A stretch of DNA of 64,000 bases from Tubulanus polymorphus. Taxonomy: Eukaryota > Animalia > Nemertea. Location of the stretch: positions 9,536,275 to 9,600,274 of the forward strand of contig NC_134032.1 in NCBI RefSeq assembly GCF_964204645.1, read 5' to 3'. Under the pieces are notes generated by a model, which saw only the letters and a list, made by a program, of their open reading frames with translations, was not told the origin of the DNA and did no database searches. Numbering within the stretch: the stretch's first letter is position 1; each line of letters begins with the position of its first letter. The translations under genes were made by a program, and so were the position numbers. This document shows, piece by piece, positions 58,778 through 64,000 of this stretch.

Positions 58778-60539
58778 ATAAACCATTTTACAGTTGCTAG
58801 CCGCCATTTTGTTAGGGTACTTTTGTCCCGTATTGTTGGGTCATTTTTTTCTCTTTTTTAAAACTATCCGTGATGTGTGTTGTATCATATTTCATCTGTC
58901 CATGGATGGATTTTGACAACTTCAGCAACATTCAAACCGCATAAATCTCTAGTTTTCAGTTATGTAAAAATCATTTCTCAAATTTACAACAATGCGACAT
59001 GAGAGCGATATAAAAATCGGTGGTCAGTTTTTGCCGTGCGCATAGAAATCCAGGGTACTGAACTTTGAAGTTCGTTATTTTCAGAAATAATTTTCTAAAA
59101 AATCCAAACATTTCAAGCACTGTGCGCATAAACACCCCCTTTCAGGTGAATTTTGAAATTTTAAGATATCTTGCCTAGTTTTTTTCCTATGGCACTTTAA
59201 CTGCAGCGCGTGTATTGTCATTCCGAGATTTGGCGCTGTTTTCTTTGCGTGTATTTCAGTATATGGGTGTTATTTCTTCATTTTCACTACACTTGTCTCT
59301 ACGGAAAATGGTTTTAATTGTTGGTACGAGTATCAGGTTTAAATATTACGGCATTAATACTGTATTCCGTTCTCCGGCGCTAGTTCGTAATGGCTGTAAT
59401 GGTAGCCGCTTTTACGGCAGGCAGAGGCTTACGTACATGCACCCAAGAAAACCCAAAATATCACTCTTTTGTTGTAAATGCAATCCACACACTTCTTGCG
59501 TTTTTGTGATGGTAGATGTCACTTTTTACTTTTTATCACGTGCGTATGACATTCGAACTTGATACTTGATATTTCACCACCAAAACAAGAAAACGTTTTC
59601 CTATATTTTCTTCCCAATCTAATCAATCTTGAGTGTACTCATAGAAAGTATTCATAGAAAGTAGCTGAATATTTGCCCCACCCCATTTGTCCAGCTTTTT
59701 GACCACTTCTCCATCCATCTAATTTCAGTAGATTTTTATGTAAATTTATTGATAGACTACTGATTTAAATGGTCATCATACTCGATTTTGAGTGTTATAT
59801 TTCTTTTCTTCTTCCATCTCAATATAGGCCCATATATTCTCTTCCCGCGCGCAACTTCGAATGCGTGATCAAAATGCCGCTCAGTCTCGCTGCTAAAACT
59901 GGTCAGAAAAATCCCTTAAACCCCAACATCTCTAATGTCTTCGACCTATTATATTGCATAAACGACGTGATATTTAAACCTGATACTCGTACCAACAATT
60001 AAAACCATTTTCCGTAGAGACAAGTGTAGTTAAAATGAAGAAATAACACCCATATACTGAAATACACGCAATGAAAACAGCGCCGAATCTCGGAATGACA
60101 ATACACGCGCTGCAGTTAAAGAGCCATAGGAAAAAAACTAGGCAAGATATCTTAAAATTTCAAAGTTCACCTGAAAGGGGGCGTTTATGCGCACAGTTCT
60201 TGAAATGTTTGGATTTTTTAGAAAATTATTTCTGAAAAAAACGAACTTCAAAGTTCAGTACCCTGGATTTCTATGCGCACGGCAAAAACTGACCACCGAT
60301 TTTTATATCGCTCTCATGTCGCATTGTTGCAAATTTGAGAAATGATTTTTACATAACTGAAAACTAGAGATTCACGCGGTTTGAATGTTGCTGAAGTTGT
60401 CAAAATCCATCCATGGACAGATGAAATATGATACAATACACATCACGGATAGTTTTTAAAAAAGAGAAAAAAATGACCCAACAATACGGGGCAAAAGTAC
60501 CCTAACAAAATGGCGGCTAGCAACTGTAAAATGGTTTAT
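58778..60539. mobile_element. Non-autonomous DNA transposon with ~570-bp near-perfect TIRs
   Basis: TA|ATAAACCATTTTACAGTTGCTAGCCGCC... (to ~59349) versus ~59965...GGCGGCTAGCAACTGTAAAATGGTTTAT|TA; non-coding ~615-bp spacer; probable TA TSD. Confidence 0.9.
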
Positions 60540-60690
60540 TATCAGGTACCATTTCCAACACCTTTAACTTGTATTACGCCCTAATTTCAGAGCTCTAATC
60601 TAAAGTTTATTGGAAATAAAGTTTGTAAAAGTAAAGTTATGTAAAGTTTAATTTCACTAAGAGAGATTGATCGAGTAAATGTCGACCCCA

Positions 60691-61746
60691 TCAAATTGAT
60701 GAAATTTTCAAAATGCTTTTGATCCTTGTGAGGACAGCAATGGCCTGGAAACGAAATCTTTTATTCGTCAAACAATAAACTGTAAAATTAACACAAGAAT
60801 CAATCATCGTCATTAACAATGAGACTTTCCTCGTGATCATTCTATCGACGCCACTCAAAATCAGAGTGTAAATTTTGTCTGGCAATCGATCTAAACAACC
60901 CGGAAATTCGCAGGTGATATACACAGCAACAACTGCCGAAACCATTTTCAATATATTTGCATCTTTACTCTGAGCGCCACCTACAAGCGATTTACGGCGT
61001 TTTCTGATCCAGGTATAAACGGCAAATAAGACAGCGTTCACAACTAATAGCATTACGATTGGTAAGTACACCATGCCCACAGCCATTCTTACATCATCGT
61101 CCATCACGTCGTTCATGAAATGATCTTCAAAATAGTTATAGGTTTTGTAATCAGTATATTCCGGCCAATAGACTGTATATGTGTACTGACCTGGTTTCAG
61201 ACACGGCCATCTCGTTAAAGCCGGCACGCGGCGATTTAGGATCCAATCATAGTAAAACATAAATGCCAAGAACAACAGCGTGAAACAGAGTAGATTGATA
61301 GTAAAAGGTCTCCAGAAGCGTCGATAATTGAACGGGAAAACTATCACCATAATTCTCTCCAAACTCACGGCCACGACGAGCCAGTTTCTGACGAACTGCG
61401 AGGGATACAACCCGAAGTAACCTACGTTTATAAACCACCAACCGAAATGCCAGTCATCGTAACGAAAAACCAAGTCACCGAGATTACTGTAGATAAAATA
61501 AGTTCTCAGCGGATACATGATAAAAGAAGATGCACTGAAAAGAAGATCAAAAACCGCTAAGAGACCGATTGTATGATAGCAACTATTGCGTAGTCTGCGT
61601 ATTATGGCAATAGTCAGTGAATTCAACAGAATACCAGAGACAGTGACTGGACCCATTCCTACCATGTAGATGTAAACGCTGAACTGATAGTCCCATCTTA
61701 TTTTCTGGGAGCAAGCATAACCGCTTGTTCTGTTGTGAAGTGTCAT
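60691..61746 (-). CDS. Intronless class A GPCR, FMRFamide-receptor-like orphan
   Basis: 351 aa, 7TM; LAVFD, SLERI, CEFP, DSCVNFTVY. Confidence 0.9.
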   Translation of the reverse strand: MTLHNRTSGYACSQKIRWDYQFSVYIYMVGMGPVTVSGILLNSLTIAIIRRLRNSCYHTIGLLAVFDLLFSASSFIMYPLRTYFIYSNLGDLVFRYDDWHFGWWFINVGYFGLYPSQFVRNWLVVAVSLERIMVIVFPFNYRRFWRPFTINLLCFTLLFLAFMFYYDWILNRRVPALTRWPCLKPGQYTYTVYWPEYTDYKTYNYFEDHFMNDVMDDDVRMAVGMVYLPIVMLLVVNAVLFAVYTWIRKRRKSLVGGAQSKDANILKMVSAVVAVYITCEFPGCLDRLPDKIYTLILSGVDRMITRKVSLLMTMIDSCVNFTVYCLTNKRFRFQAIAVLTRIKSILKISSI

Positions 61747-62642
61747 GATAAGCTGGTTACGCAGTCGTTACTGCCCGAAACGCTAAGTAAAACACAATGG
61801 ATACAAATCCAATTGAATTAAGCTAAAACTCTTCGATTTAGGTTCTGTAATATTGTTTGCGTGAAATTGGCTTCGTGCAATTTGATTGATGCAGTGTTTA
61901 TAAACAATGATATTTCATTGGACACATTTTCGTAGAATTTAATTTATTTTCAGCATTTCACTCGGTGAAGCTTAAATTTGAAAAAAATCAATAACTACTA
62001 CGGCAACGTAATCCTGTGAAGATTTGTGCGTGGCATTTATTCTGGCGTTTGATAGAACAGAATAGTTTATCCGGGAGGTAAAATCTGCTCCGGTGGAGGT
62101 GGGGAGCAGTCCTTATCCGGGTATCATCAGGAGGGATACAACAGCAATCCTAGTCGGGATCGACCGCAGAATTCAATAGTTACTCAGTTCAAAACAGTTC
62201 AAAATTGTTGGCGTTCTGATAAAAAGCACATTTCGCTATGTAAAAGAGTATGGTCGCTGACTCATGTCCAAATACAAACAAATTTCACATTCTGCATATA
62301 AAGCCCCCTTCCGTACACTCCCGTATGCTATATATAGTTTGTCCACATGGTAGCCTACATACAATTACTGAAAGAAACCGTAAGCAGAGCTTTTAGGCAC
62401 TTACAATTTTTTGTTCTTGTAACAAATAACACAAAACCCTTGCACAAACACAAAAAACCCTACTCGAATCAATGCTGCCCGTGACTGCAACCGGTTTAAG
62501 TTCGTGTCAAGGCCTATATTTATACACGACAAACGCCTCTCCGATCGGGGGTTTTCCCAAAAAGTAAAAAAAAAATGATTTACACTATTTTCCCAGCGCG
62601 TTTTCAAGTCGTAAACAATCGCTCGATGGTGACACCGAGATT

Positions 62643-62744
62643 TCACCAACCACATTTGATCGAGTTTCGGTTTAATCCTCGTGTAGTTTTTGTCGGAGAC
62701 GCCTCTGTACCTATGTGACCTGACGTCGATACCTCTCGCTGGTA
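62643..62744 (-). CDS. Possible terminal exon of a gene starting beyond the window
   Basis: ACAG acceptor then YQREVSTSGHIGTEASPTKTTRGLNRNSIKCGW-stop; no recognised homology. Confidence 0.2.
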   Translation of the reverse strand, partial: YQREVSTSGHIGTEASPTKTTRGLNRNSIKCGW

Positions 62745-64000
62745 CTGTATTGTTTGAGGTAAGAAGGTACGTGAAACAGAATTGTATCAAATATACGTAA
62801 CTTTAAGGGCGTATAACGGGGTATGTTGTTATTTTGGTGGGTAAAGGACATTAGTTGTCATCAAATCTGACGCTCGTCATCTCGGAGATTGCATCTGTTC
62901 GGAGGTTTCGCTAAAATAAAGTCTTACTGCCGACAGTGGACCCATCTGTGGCTTTTTGGACTTATTCCGAGGAATCACTCGATTACTTAATTCCTTTTTT
63001 GAACCGCGCCTTCCAATTTTCTTGGATCCGCCAGTATATATGTGACAACAGTTAGAGCGTCAAATTAAAAAGCTGTTTAGAATTGACAAAATTCGATCAA
63101 TTCTTTACTCGACAAACGAACTTCACGAATGTTAAGAAAGACTCATTGTTTCGTAACGTTTCGGGAAATGTGCTTCTGATGGGAAAAGTTGTCCTGCCAG
63201 ACATAACTAAAATAACGGGCTTCGTTATTTTTACGTCTGATTTATGGGCTCTACTTCTACCACCAACTATATAACGACTGACTGTCAGTCTAACACGATC
63301 TTAACCTGTTTTAGTACGTAACTCGGAGGCATTAACGAAAGCAACAACAGTACTTCATAAAGTAGATACTTTAATTTGCGTATATAATGGAACCGGAACC
63401 GAAATATCCAATTATGTACAAAACATTACGTTAATAGGACTGCCGATCACACGCACTAATTTGATTTCCGATTTAAAAAAAAAACAAACCCCGTGTTTCG
63501 CTCCCGGCAAGTGTGTATGGGCGGCCATTCCCGCCAAAAATCAGCGTTTCGTCTATTTTTCTGTACTTCGACAAAATGTCATAGTACACCGCCAAAATGT
63601 GTTAGCGTAACGTCAAATTGTGTAATGCGGCTAAATAACACAGGAGGGCGACACTGTACGGACAGTATTTTGCGGTATTTTTCTCGCATTGCGATCATCT
63701 CAAGGTCGTTTTATTGAAATAATTTTGCGAGTATCAAATCGACAAATCGTATCATATTCCCCAAACCCAATAAAATGATTTTATTGTTACTTTAGTTTGT
63801 TAATACTATAATATATAGTAATAATGTACGGTAAAATAGCGGAAGTAAATACTTTGCCGTAAACCTATGGAAGCCCTGAGACGACATCTTGAGTTCATGA
63901 GTTCCGAGTTCATAACTTCCTGAGTTCTCAAGTTCATGAGTTCGTCTAATGAAAAAGCCTGCGATACCGAAACGTCGAATGTAAACACGATGCTCTATCA

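Overview
Intron-rich invertebrate animal genomic DNA (species not identifiable from the window). Host genes: the 3' half of SNX17 (+, 141-5492); a complete 18-exon prolyl endopeptidase PREP (-, 16721-28813) with a nested secreted papain-like ORF in intron 14; an uncharacterised TROVE-like/vWA gene (+, 30342-58533); and five intact intronless rhodopsin-family GPCRs. The vWA gene has a 23-kb intron holding a decayed MFS transporter, a tandem GPCR array, a dead copy of one of its own exons, and a ~13.5-kb, very AT-rich Polinton/Maverick (adintovirus-like) endogenous virus (36040-49547) inserted into a fourth GPCR copy. The element is the most interesting part. All 14 genes are on one strand; 11 start at TAAATG and 2 at TAAAATG, which resembles poxvirus post-replicative promoters. 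Its terminal repeat is itself a 268-bp hairpin palindrome. It keeps pPolB, integrase, A32-like ATPase and a penton-like gene, but I see no major capsid or adenain gene; it has a block of membrane-anchored proteins and a giant-virus-type HNH nuclease instead. By inference, it may be a hyperparasite transcribed by a poxvirus-like/NCLDV helper. Family assignments come from motif recognition by eye; no searches were run.
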